Source: Octopus sinensis (lineage: Eukaryota). From it: 64,000 nt of DNA. Position numbers and translations under genes: made by a program. The number at the start of each line of letters is the position of its first letter. Positions within the stretch are counted from its first letter, which is position 1. Below the pieces are notes generated by a model. It was not told where the DNA came from and did not search any database. It saw only the letters and a list, made by a program, of their open reading frames with translations. This document shows positions 52,640 through 64,000 of the stretch, piece by piece. The stretch covers positions 71,858,001-71,922,000 of the forward strand of contig NC_042999.1 of the NCBI RefSeq assembly GCF_006345805.1, written 5' to 3'.

Positions 52640-54280
52640 TGGAACAGAACTTTTAAAGACTAATAGGATTGTATATTGGGATATATAGTGTTCTGTTATC
52701 TTCCTTTTGAACATTTTTACCATTATATTTAAGTAACATTGATTTGGTAATATGGGACTGGTTCATTAAATTCTCTTGTCTGAGAATCAAAATTTTTTTT
52801 ATACCAAAATCAGAAATTAAAACTGATACTTCTCATTTCTGTTCTTATCAGAATTTCTATTTGAGGAATAAACGGAAATAAAAGTTTTCTCGATGAAGAG
52901 TTTTCTAAAGTAGACTATATGAAGAAATAATTATAAAAAACAATACTCAGAAAGAAAATCTCCATAGCTAATAAGTAATTGTTGACATTCTATGAAATAC
53001 CTATTTGTTTACTACCCACAAGGGGATAAACACAGAGAGCACAACCAAGGACAAACGGATTAAGTCAATTATATCGACTTCAGTGCGTAACTGGTACTTA
53101 ATCGACCCCGAATGGATGAAAGGCAAAGTCGACTTCGACGGAATTTGAACTCAGAACGTAGTGACATTGTAAGAAATACCATCATGTTGTAAATGTCTGT
53201 TCACGGTAGGTTTGCTGTGCGATGATTTTTTGAAGCTCAGTCATCACAAACAACCGGCAATTAAGGACTAATAATTAAGCATGAATTCTGTACATCTTAC
53301 AGTCATGCATTGAAATATGTCAGACTGACAAAAGGGTTGAAGATATAATAAAATGTTCAATGAAACATATTCTCTAAAGTGTCAAAATTTAACAGGAATG
53401 TCCAAGCTTAACATGAATGCTTAAGGTCAAGAATAATTTGCAAGGTTATTAAATGATGTATGAGAATATCTTAAAAAGTATTCATAGATTCCAATATTTC
53501 TAATTTCTTTCTGCTACCTTTTCCTTGTTACTTTATCAAAGTTCGCTATATTGTCTTTAAATTGTCATATCATTTTATAGAGTAGTCATTTTGGGCTGAA
53601 TGTAGCCATCGTGTAATCGATCCAGGCACATGATATGTTTTTATTTCTTACTGCTGTACCAGCTCATTAACAAGAAGTTGGCTTTTCACGATACATTAAA
53701 TGCATAACCATAACATAAAAGCTTTTCCATATTTGATTAGTTATCCTCATGCAAAGCAAAGATGACTGGAACCATTCATCAACAATTGATAGTCATGTTA
53801 TATATGAGTATATAGGAAATTGTGTTTTGAATGGGTAATAGGATTGTGTATCAGGACATTGTGATTTGTTATCTTTCTTTTGAACTATTTTACAATTATA
53901 TTTAAGTTGTATTGATTTGGTAATATGTAATTGGTTCATTAAATTCTCTTGTCAGGGAATCAGAATTTTATTTTTTTATCCCAGAATCAGAAATTAAAAC
54001 TGATACCTATCGTTTCTGTTCTTATCAGAATTTCTATTTCAGGAAAACGTGAAAATACATTTTGTCTGGATGAAGAGTTTTCTGAATGTAGAATGTATGA
54101 AGAGTTGATTGTAAAACAAAAAACAAAAAAAAACAATAATCAGAAAGAAAATCTCAAAAGCTAATAATTATCGACATAGTAAAATGACACCATTATATTG
54201 TAGATATCTGTGCAATGATGACGGCAACGTTTGATAATTGTTGAAGCTCAGTCATCACACACAGCGGGCAATTAAAACCA
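52640..54280. repeat. Local direct duplication (about 52640-53280 and about 53830-54280); copy 1 is interrupted by a SINE
   Basis: Shared blocks TTGATTTGGTAATATG, GGTTCATTAAATTCTCTTGTC, CAGAAATTAAAACTGATAC, GATGAAGAGTTTTCT and TTGAAGCTCAGTCATCAC. Confidence 0.8.
53002..53165 (-). mobile_element. 5'-truncated tRNA-derived SINE
   Basis: GCGTAACTGGTACTTAATCGACCCCGAATGGATGAAAGGCAAAGTCGAC...GAATTTGAACTCAGAACGT. Confidence 0.85.
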
Positions 54281-56049
54281 AAACCTAGATCCAAGTGCAA
54301 AACAAACTGAGATGAGGAGACAGTAGTCTGAGGCTGAGTACTTGAGAATCTCTCTCAGGCGACTCTGGAGGAATGAAACTGAAGCTAATGAAACATTTGT
54401 TAATTTCATAATTTGCCCACTATAAAATGTTACAAGTTGTTCCTGCAACTTATAGACACATTTACAAGTTGACGGACAAGGCCATTTGCGAATCGCGTGT
54501 CTTTGCCAACGAAACTATGTGATGGTAACAATTGAATAACAAAAACATCAAACCTTTTATCTGATCGTCCAATGTTCTACTAGTTCTAAAAGCATTACTA
54601 ACGAATCTTATTTATAAGACCGTAACATTACAGCTACCAAGTTAATGAAATTATTCTAAATAGTGTGTAGTTGTATGGGATTAAGTAAGAAAGTAGAAAT
54701 GACTGTATTTAAAGGTGTGCCAATTACTACTGTTCAGTGTTTATTTATAAATCATATAAATATACAGCATAAACTATATGTGTATTTATGTTGTTAATTG
54801 TATAAAGATATAGAAAGATGCAACAGAATAGTTCTACAAAGATGACAATTTTTTTTTCTGGAACCTTTTAAGGATAAAGAGGAAACAGTACCTATAGCCA
54901 CAACAGGCTTCTCCAGACTCACATGTACGAAGTATTTCAATTGTTAGGAATTATAATTATTTCACATTTGTGTTGACTTTTGAGATTTTGGTTTTGTAAA
55001 ATTTGGTGAACACATGAAAAGTTGAAGCATCTGTTATATTGCTAGATGCTAAGTACTCTATCATAAATTTTTAATGACATTTATTCATTATTTAGTGTAG
55101 ATGAGACGAGAAATGTGTTGTAGCTCGATGTAATGTTATGTATCAATACATGTAGCAGTAACTAAACACAACACCATGTTCCAGTCATCAGACGCTGATT
55201 CATTAAAGGTGACTTTAAAATACAACCCACTCATTGCTAGACTGAACAAAAAGTTTTGTGTTTCAAACCATAATTAGCCTTTATTAATTTTAAAATGGCA
55301 GTTTACTAAAATGTTTAACAAAATACAGCTATCCCGAAAGATTTCCTATTTATAACATTTGGGTCAATTAAAGTGCGCAGGGCAGGTAAGCGAATGAGTA
55401 AGACAGCGAAGTAGCAATTTTGAGAAGAAATTGTATATCATATAAATTAACCAAGGTAAATTTCAGCAATAATGGATCCAGACCATATCTAACTTAATGG
55501 CACACTGAAAATATTCCTGAAACTATGAGGGTTTCTGCGAGATCTCTTAAACGTATCCCTAGTGGCCATGGGAGTGCCGTCAACATCATGTTCAGCTGCT
55601 ATAGAGTACGCCCGAAGTCCAGCAGCAACAGCGGCATCGGCTAGATTTCCAGTAAGTAAAGAAATACAATATGCAGAAGTGGGAATGTTGCTACTAATAA
55701 ACAGTCTTTAATGGCCCCAGTAATATTGCAATCGTTATTATTATCAATTGTTGGGAGAATTGTTACGGTATCGGAAAAATATTTTGCGATAATTTATTCC
55801 GGTTCTTTACGTGCTGAGTTCAAATCTTGTCGAGAGCACCATTACCTTTTAACCTTTTGAGGTCGATAAAATGTAAGTACTGAGGTTGATGTACTCGACT
55901 AACACCATGACCCACAAAATTCTTTGATTTCCTTGATTTCCTACAGAAAAGCCCTTAAAGCAGCTGACACTCTTTTCTCTTCTTTCCCTTCTCTACAAAT
56001 ACGCCAACATTAACAGTAGGTTACTTAAATACCCATTGCATGAGATGAA

Positions 56050-58620
56050 CAGAAAAACCTACTCAGTGACCTTGAAACATAGGCCTATTTGAGCTGGCCT
56101 GGAATGGTATGCGGAGTAGCAGAGTTGTTTCGGGAAGGGGTCCCGAATGGTATGCGGAGTAGCAGAGTTGTTTAGGTCGGTCTTTCTCATCTCATCCCGA
56201 ACGTTACGTTTGTTGTTCTGGATATGAACAGCGAGAAGCAAGTGTCTTCAGACTGGTAACTGTACGCGTCATCAGGAGTCGGGCTACCAGATTTATTTTG
56301 GTGTAACGTCCCGGTCTTTGGTGTTAGTGGTTGATTTGGAATGCCATATTTGATGTACGTTTGGATCACTCTGATACGGGTGATCTAGGTAGGTTGTATA
56401 GTCAGGGACTCGGTCACTGGAAACTGAACACGTCTCACCAGACGCACCAAGCTTACAGGAAGAGGATTCGAAAACTTGTTAAAAAGGAGTTGACAGGGTC
56501 AATTCCAACAACCGATAGTTTTTACTTCTACATGAGCTATAAGATTAAAGCCAATAAGGTTTAATAAGGAAATAATGATAAAGGACTCTGGAGTAGAAGG
56601 AGAGCTAGAAGAGGCGCTTAGGAAATACATTCAGATTGATGTGTTAGCGGCGAGCGGACCCTTGACAAACCTCATCAGCGCGAAACTAGATGAATGCATT
56701 TTCAGAGATACAGCAAGTGCTCTAAATCAATGAAAATCGAAAGATGTTCGATGGGCCCGAGTGGTAGAGGTGCAACGTACACAAAAACCTAACACGATTT
56801 TTGTTGGTTTGGAAGACTCACGTGTTACTTCATTGAAGGAGATATAAACAGTACGTCACTGAACTATTTTTGGTGGTCATAGATCGGCTCCGGAGTTCTG
56901 CGTAGGGCCGATGGTAGCCGATTAAATACAGATAAAGATGGTTGGCTGCTTGAGAAAACAAGAATCCGAGCAAGGGGAATAAGTTTTGGCCTGTAACACT
57001 GTTAAATACTAACTTGTAGATTTTGGCCAAGATTGCAGCTAAAATATTGGCGCTTGTCGTCGCTATTGTGGTAGGTCAGGCACAGGCATCTCCCATTCCA
57101 GGCACATCTATCTAAGACAACTTTCATCTCACACAAAGCATGATAGGAAGAGTGAGTAAGGAACCTGTCATGGATAGGGTCCTGATGAATTTAGATCATT
57201 CGAAAACTGATCAATACTTGGTGACTATTCTCACAGCAGTGGTTTCGGCACAGTATTGAGAGGATGGTTCACTTCCATGTTGTGCGATATTTGCTTTACA
57301 TGCAAATTGGGCGTGTTAGCGCCTAAGGTTACAGGTCTCATGGAGCATCCAGCGTAAATTATTTAGGTGATGCTACCGTAATAGTGTCGGACATCAAATA
57401 CAGTTGAACGGTACTACTCAGGAAGACTACGAAACTGTGACAGAAGCAACAATTAATCAGGAAATATTGGTACTCCTGCATAGCCACACCATCCGACAGC
57501 ATCGTGACCTGGTTTAATGGACAAGAATTGGGAAGAGTTAATGAACAGGACCACCAATCTTAGGCAGAAATGAGCTGAGATGAAAGAAATGAGCCTGAGA
57601 TAAGTTAGATGTGGCTGACGCCTACATTGCGCTAACGTGCCGTGCGCTAGTTCGTAGATGACTGCAACACTTGCTCTTTCATTTTCTGTGGAGATAACAG
57701 GTTACTCAAGTGAGACACTCCATTTGCTGTGAACATCTGATATTTGGAAAACTTAGAATGCCATGGCTAATGAACCACAGACATGAGGCAATGACATCTC
57801 CAACACATCTTCGATGTGAACAGTGTGATCTCCGCTTTCAGAATCACTTCTCTACAACTCGTCTCCTTGCCTGAGCTTAAGCCTTGGATCAAACGTAAAC
57901 CGAGGTAGAGCACATGGCACTGAGAAGATCATCAGGTGCGCATGGCCAGTACGCCAATGCTATTGTTGGAAACTCTACCATGGCGTTGTATAGAGGATTG
58001 TGGTGAGTAAGAACGTCGCCGTTCTCGGAGGCTCAAGACGAAAACCAAATGTTCTAGTCTGGAGAACTTTCGGTCAAGGGTTTGTGGAAAATTTCCATAA
58101 ATCTGTGACCTGGTTGATCTACGGGTGCATTGCCAGTTAGAAATAAACTTCACAGGTATGGTAATGCAGCCAACGGCGCATGTCGGAGATGCGCGCAGAG
58201 TGACGAAACTCTTGCACGCACCCGTGGATTCATGCCGAATACATCCAATGACGTGCAGGATGGGTCCGACTAACGGCTGACTTCAGTGAATATGCCCCTG
58301 CCAGAATAGCAGGAAGGACAGGTAATTTGCCTCTGCTTCAGGACTGTAGTGAAAGATGTTTTGTACTGAAATGACTGAATTTATTGAAGTAAGACACCTT
58401 CTTCTTCGCCCACGTTCCCACGGACATTTTAAGTTCCCTTTGAACAGAAAGGTAAGGGTTGAGAGGGAAGCGCTGACCTCATCATTGAATTTGTTGAAAG
58501 GTAGGTGAATGTGGCAAGGATGGCCCGAGTGAGTGTACCTCAACTAAGGTGGAGCCTGTAAGATGTACGGTACGAATAGAAAAGGGGCGCATTGCAATGA
58601 TGTCCATGATGATCGAGGTC
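56050..58620. mobile_element. GC-richer, heavily decayed retroelement-like sequence (class uncertain)
   Basis: No microsatellites and higher GC than the flanks; a 29-bp direct repeat near 56102 and 56145. Only weak motif echoes: PVMD, TILTAV, YLGD on + (DIRS-RT-like) and YSPQS..NAMVEF on - (integrase-like). No intact ORF. Confidence 0.3.
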
Positions 58621-60647
58621 ACCCCAGACCTGTAGTCTTATTTAGTTACCTCTATGTGTAATCAAGGAACCCCACAAAAATATCATCGATAAGAATTTTA
58701 AAAAGCATTAAAACAAATTTTCCTTATTAGGTAATGTAATTGTTATCTTATTCTTGTGAACTACTATTGCTTTTCTTGTTTGCATGTTTCTATAATTCCC
58801 TGCTGTCTTTCTATTGTCAAGGATTGTGTGAATAAGATGCCAGTTGCCAGCTCAATAGGCTTACTTGCAACAGCAAAAGACTGGGAGACGAATGTTGAAC
58901 GGGGACTCAGCCAAACTATCGCCAATAGTTCTGTTAGTTATAACTCTTAATTTCAGGGGGGAAAACACATTCAGTGAAAGATAACACAATATGCTAAACT
59001 GTCAGATTTAAACCAAAGCTAAGGAAAACAAAAGAAGGTACGATCCAATTGAGGTGAGACGCACTGTGTTTACAAAGGTTGCATCATACAGAGCATCGCC
59101 GAGTCCAGTAGGTGATGAACCATCAATATACCTATGGAAGCAGCAGAGATTTTTTTCAATGCAGCTATAAGACCAGTAATAGTGCAAACTGGATAAAAGC
59201 TGTGATTTTATCAGCCAAAGCTGCGTCGCATTGGCGGGGATTTCTCTTTGTTTTTCCATGCATCTGGCAAAGAAAAGTGAAAATGTGTTCAGGCGCGTCA
59301 CACGAATTTGTATGGAAGATCTCTGTATGAATGTGTCTGTGCATATATACATATACATACATGCAAACATATCGTCATACATACATTCATACACACATAC
59401 ACACATGCACACACACACACATAAACACGTGTGTGTGCGTATGTGTGTGTATATGAATTGGCACAGGTGTGACTATGTGGTAAGAAGTCCGCTTCCCAGC
59501 CGCATGGCATCTTTGGCAAGTGTTTTCTACTATATTTCTATATACGTAGTAGATACACACTCACAAATATGCATGATTATATATATATACATATGCATTT
59601 ACGCATTTGTATATGCGTGTATGAGTTTGTTTGTCTGGATATGTAATAAGGAATCTCACTTGTTCGCCAGCGAGGATTCAATTATCCGATCAACAGATTT
59701 AGCAATTCTTGAATTATCCTGTAGCGATTGCGGAGTCCATAGAGTTAAAGAATAATTCCTCGCTTAAAATAATTCTTCGGCACAATCAGCAAGGAACACT
59801 TTGTGATTAGGCCGTGTTATTTGCATAACAGAAAAAATATATATGTACGTGTCTGTCTGATATTATATTAGATTTTACACACATAGACATACGCACACAA
59901 GCACACGTATAAATGTGTGCGTGTATGTGTGTGTATGTGCATATGTGTTTATCTAATATATAATTATGTGTATACATTGGGATTTTAAAATGTCTAAGTC
60001 ATTAAAATTCTCTAATTTCAAGAATCGGAAAAATCAATAGTCATCAAGACATTTTAAACTAAAAATAACAAATTTTGTCTTACTGTCGTTGGAACTGTTT
60101 TATATGTTAACAACTTAACAACATATTATCTGAACGCACAAACATTGACAAAATTAAATTGCAGGTTTCTTTTTGTTGATATTGTGTAAATCTTTCACGC
60201 ACGCCCAAGATATAGACGTGAGCATATACTTGTGCGCGAGTGTTATATGGAAAGATAAGTAGATAGATATACAGATAGATAGGCAGATGCATACATACAT
60301 ACATAAATATGTATGTGTGTGTGCGCGCGTTTGTGTGTGTGTGTGCGTGTGTGTGTGTGTGTTTGTGTGTCTAAATAATTTTGTCTTAATATCCAGGATG
60401 AAAGTTTGTCTTCCTTATACAACGAAATGTTTCGAATAATATCTTCATCATAGCTGGTACCATCATAATTGTACCATCTGGGTTACTGCTGTCTCACTGT
60501 AGTACTATTCGAACCTGGCATCATACCCTTTATCAAATTTATGGGAGCGATTTGTTCATATTGCGTTGTCTATCAGAGGAATGGTTTTCATATTAGACAT
60601 TCCACTATTTGTGGTGCGGCTAGTTATATTACTCTTGAAGCAGTACG

Positions 60648-60682
<35 letters not shown>

Positions 60683-61049
60683 TATATATAGCTTGGCTGA
60701 CCTTGGCACTAAACTCATGTCCACCAGGGAAACTACTACAGGTTAACATTTAATCAGTTAATATAAGTTCTCCATATAAATATAGCGGAAAGCAAGCCGT
60801 CACAGGTCTCAGAAAGGAAAAAAAAATCCACTTCACGTTCAATGAATACAGATAGTTGTATCGTGGTTACAGTAACTTACATTATCTGGGAAGAAAAGTC
60901 TTGAAGAAAGTACAAGATCAAGATATAATATCTTATTATAAATAAATGAGAAAATATAGAAATAGTGTAGGGATCTCTCTTCTCTCTTACTCGCATTTCC
61001 TCTCCTGTCTCTCTCTCAGCATATCTACGTATGTATCTATCTATATCTA

Positions 61050-61125
<76 letters not shown>

Positions 61126-61151
61126 CATCTATCTATCTATCTATCTATCTA

Positions 61152-61182
<31 letters not shown>

Positions 61183-61197
61183 GTATATACATATATC

Positions 61198-62530
61198 ACA
61201 TCGATTATCATTGCATTTCGATGCTATGAGTGATTCGTCATTGTTGTTTAGGGTCAAATTTTGCCTTTGCTAATAATTGTTTCAAGTTTGGCTGTCTTTC
61301 ACTTAGAATCATAACCCGATCCGTGAGTATATCCTTTAATTCATTACTTTGAACAATGATCGGCAAGTTTACTTTGGCAATGCTAAAGATATTTTGGTGA
61401 CACCAAAATATCCATGTCAACAAAATATCTTTAGCATTGTCAAAGCAAACTTGCCAATCATTGCTCAAAGTAATGAATTAAAGGATATAATCATGGATCG
61501 GGCTGTGATTCTAAGTAAAAGACAGTCGAAGAACTTGAAACAATTATTAACAAAGCAAAGTTCGACCTAAGTAACAATGACGAATCTTTCATTATATCGA
61601 AATGCAATGATAATCGATGTAGTACATGTCAGTTCATACATACCGATCAATATATGAACACAAAAGCCGAAAGAATATTAACAAATGCAAATACGAACTG
61701 CAAAAGCAGAAATTTAATTTCCTGCATCAAATGACCGAATTGTGAAGAGATAGACGTTGGTCAGACTAGGCTTGCATTATCGGAGCGTTCACGTGTGCAC
61801 CGACAGCAAATTCGGGACCCTGATGTCAAATACCAACCATTTGGCAACACGTAGTCAGAAGAAGTTTATAGTATTCCCATTCTACAAACTACACAACTAA
61901 AGTGAAATTGAGAGAAAAGTTAGAGAAAACAATTTTATAGATAAATTCAAACCCGTTCTAAATGGACAGTTATAATAACTGATAATTAAAATGATGATGG
62001 TAATAATAATAAGTATTACTGTTATTACTACTGCTACCACCACCAGCACTGTTAGTGGGTGGTAGTAGCGTTGACCAAATAAACATTAACTCGATTGAAA
62101 TGTAAAAGATTCTGGAGTAGCAATAGAATTCAATGAAAACAGAAATGTTGTTTCAAACATTCCAAAATATAGCCAAGCAATTATTCCTTTAAGTGTTGTC
62201 AAAGTAAACAATCCTTGACATACCCACCAAACTGTAACGTCTAGGTCACATACTGATTGGTCGAATACATTTTGAACATAGTTGGTGTACTCACTATCCC
62301 ATGCCATCTAAGTCACATGCTGATTGGTTAAAATACAGTTCGTAAGATTCAGCCTGCTGGACCCCGTCAGAGGTTATTTAAAGTATAAAAACAACCATTT
62401 CGCTAGTTATCAATTGTGAAACACGATCGTCACTATATAAACCTGATGAATGCGTAACGCATGAAAGTACTAGTTTATTTCAATAATGTAAAAAATAAAA
62501 CGTGAAGATCAGACTAAGTTGGAATTTCAT
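61198..62530 (+). mobile_element. 5'-truncated, decayed Penelope-like element (EN end plus pLTR) with a 5' inversion
   Basis: From about 61413 reads ...SKRQSKNLKQLLT-KAKFD...SKCNDNRCSTC...CKSRNLISCIK*PNCEEIDVGQTRLALSERSRVHRQQI (GIY-YIG-like). 61198-61400 is an inverted copy of 61413-61620, and an HHR lies downstream. Confidence 0.8.
62437..62478 (+). ncRNA. Minimal type-I HHR, fully canonical
   Basis: ATAAAC CTGATGA ATGCG-TAA-CGCAT GAAAG TA CTA/GTTTAT: 6-bp stem I, 5-bp stem II, AGTACT palindrome in stem III. Confidence 0.88.
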
Positions 62531-62927
62531 TGATTAATATATGCATCAACAAACAGGTATGGGAGATGAACCCACATCACCCAAGGAATCGGCTGAGTGT
62601 TTTACCGTTCAGTTAAACGGCCCGCTGATACATCATACACTGATGTATAGGTTATTGAACAACCACGTGTGTGTGTATATATAAACAGACTTACATTTGT
62701 TTTTTATTAGAAGCGTCGAATGTGCATTGTACGATACAAACAAGTAGATGATGGCTGTTTGTTGAATTCTTCCACGTTGTAAGTGTAATTTACCCATTAT
62801 TTCTGCTGCGTTCGAAATTATATTCCCTTCTTGATCGTACCGTATAACACACGTTTTGACGATTCTAACAAAAACAAATGTAAGTTTGTTTATATATACA
62901 TATGTAGTGGTTCAATAAGCTATTTAG

Positions 62928-63520
62928 ATACTGGAAAAGGGATAAGTATTTGCGAAGGGAACCTACTTTTCATCGACAACTGTAATTGTCATACGCTGAT
63001 GACGGGTCAATATCCAGAAACTCGAGTCCGTGTGTATCATAAGTTGAAGACGGGAAGGATGGCTTCCCTTTGCAAATACTGATAGGGCACAGAAAGTGTG
63101 TCTAAAGCCAGCTGGAGGAGGTGTCCTCCTGGGGCTACAAACTACAGTAGCATCCACCATTAGGGGTTAGCCATATTTAAATGGCAAATATACGTCACGA
63201 TGTGTTGCAGCTACTGTTTATAACTAGCTCTAAGATTTATTATTGCTTGATTACACCTTTTCGATATCAGTGTCTTTACAATACTGGAAAAGGGATAAGT
63301 ATTTGCGAAGGGAACCTACTTTTCATCGACAACTGTGATTGTCACATGCCGATGACGGGCAATAATGTAAAAAATAATGGCTTCCCTTTGTAAATACTGA
63401 TAGGGCACTGAAAGGGTGTCTAAAGCCAGCTGGAGGAGGTGTCCTCCTGGGGCTACAAACTACAGTAGCATCCACCATTAGGGGTTAGCCATATTTAAAT
63501 GGCAAATATACGTCACAATA
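62928..63520 (+). mobile_element. Head-to-tail tandem (353-nt period) of the retrozyme-like HHR repeat
   Basis: ATACTGGAAAAGGGATAAGTATTTGCGAAGG starts at 62928 and at 63281. The second unit has lost the 3' half of the HHR. Confidence 0.85.
62990..63034 (+). ncRNA. Minimal type-I HHR in tandem unit 1
   Basis: CATACG CTGATGA C-GGG-TCAATA-TCC-A GAAAC TCGA GTC/CGTGTG; palindromic TCGA loop; base of stem II is mismatched. Confidence 0.72.
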
Positions 63521-63688
63521 ACTGTATCGCTATTAAATAATTGTGATAATTTAAGTTATATTTATATAGTCCAATATTTATTCTTAAAGTATAGTCTCTA
63601 AATACATTAGCAGCATCTTCCTAAGTCTATCAATCTGATTGACGTTTATCTCTGGTGAGTCCAAAATCTGTACAGACGAGTGCATTTA

Positions 63689-63732
<44 letters not shown>

Positions 63733-64000
63733 TACCTGCCAGACATCTTGGCTCAACTATGCGAGCCCATCACAAGATTGGATAAATATCAAATAGCTAA
63801 AAACGTGCTCAGCACCCCGCTCGCCCCACCGCTCATTCGTATATAACAATAATCGTATTAGAGAAATAGCTCCGTCATAAGAATTTGGACAAATAAAGGT
63901 ATGTTAGATACTATAAAAAAGTAAATACTTCGTTTATCGAAGTTATGTTCAGTTTTAGAGTCAGCAAAAATAAACACCAAGCGGAAAGTGTAATCGAAAC

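Noticed and set aside
62790-62880. FDDSNKNK-T|gtaagt, resembling the end of another LDLa exon
   Set aside because: No upstream acceptor or Cys pattern in frame, and a stop codon lies about 30 codons upstream.
63647-63693. ATCT CTGGTGA GTC...GAC GAG TGCA TTT AAGAT next to (TA)n
   Set aside because: HHR-like outline, but both A6 and GAAA are altered; too degenerate to call.
338-63846. Dozens of ORF-track entries rich in YI, MYVC, HT, LSIY or CV repeats
   Set aside because: They are translations of (TA)n, (TATG)n, (CA)n, (TCTA)n and (TG)n microsatellites, not genes.
1-64000. CRISPR arrays, rRNA, true tRNA genes, prokaryotic operons
   Set aside because: None seen; the tRNA-like A/B boxes all belong to SINE heads and the DNA is eukaryotic intron-type.

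Overview
AT-rich, microsatellite-laden eukaryotic genomic DNA; the SINE and repeat content suggests an octopus (inference). The window is mostly intronic sequence of a + strand gene. It has five clean phase-1/phase-1 LDL-receptor class A (LDLa) exons (6236-6334, 11299-11415, 31134-31265, 34683-34811, 47491-47607) plus a possible first exon near 4263-4397. The order and cysteine pattern of the LDLa modules resemble molluscan GRL101 (LDLa-LRR-7TM GPCR); no LRR or 7TM exons are visible in the window. The introns and flank hold tRNA-derived SINEs, a non-autonomous Helitron, a CR1/L2-type LINE 3' end and a rearranged R4/Dong-type LINE beside (TAA)n. They also hold a near full-length Penelope-like element (PLE, RT + GIY-YIG, about 18.4-25.2 kb, minus strand) and a second decayed PLE at 61.2-62.5 kb. 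The most striking hidden layer is about a dozen minimal type-I hammerhead ribozyme (HHR) motifs of several families. One non-coding family (9.1, 33.8-34.4, 49.7, 62.9-63.5 kb) has an HHR with covarying stems, U3:A8 core variants, self-complementary stem-III loops, two covarying downstream hairpins and a 353-nt tandem unit, and so looks like a retrozyme. Within the exon-bounded span almost all HHRs are antisense to the host gene. All ribozyme calls were made by eye and are untested.
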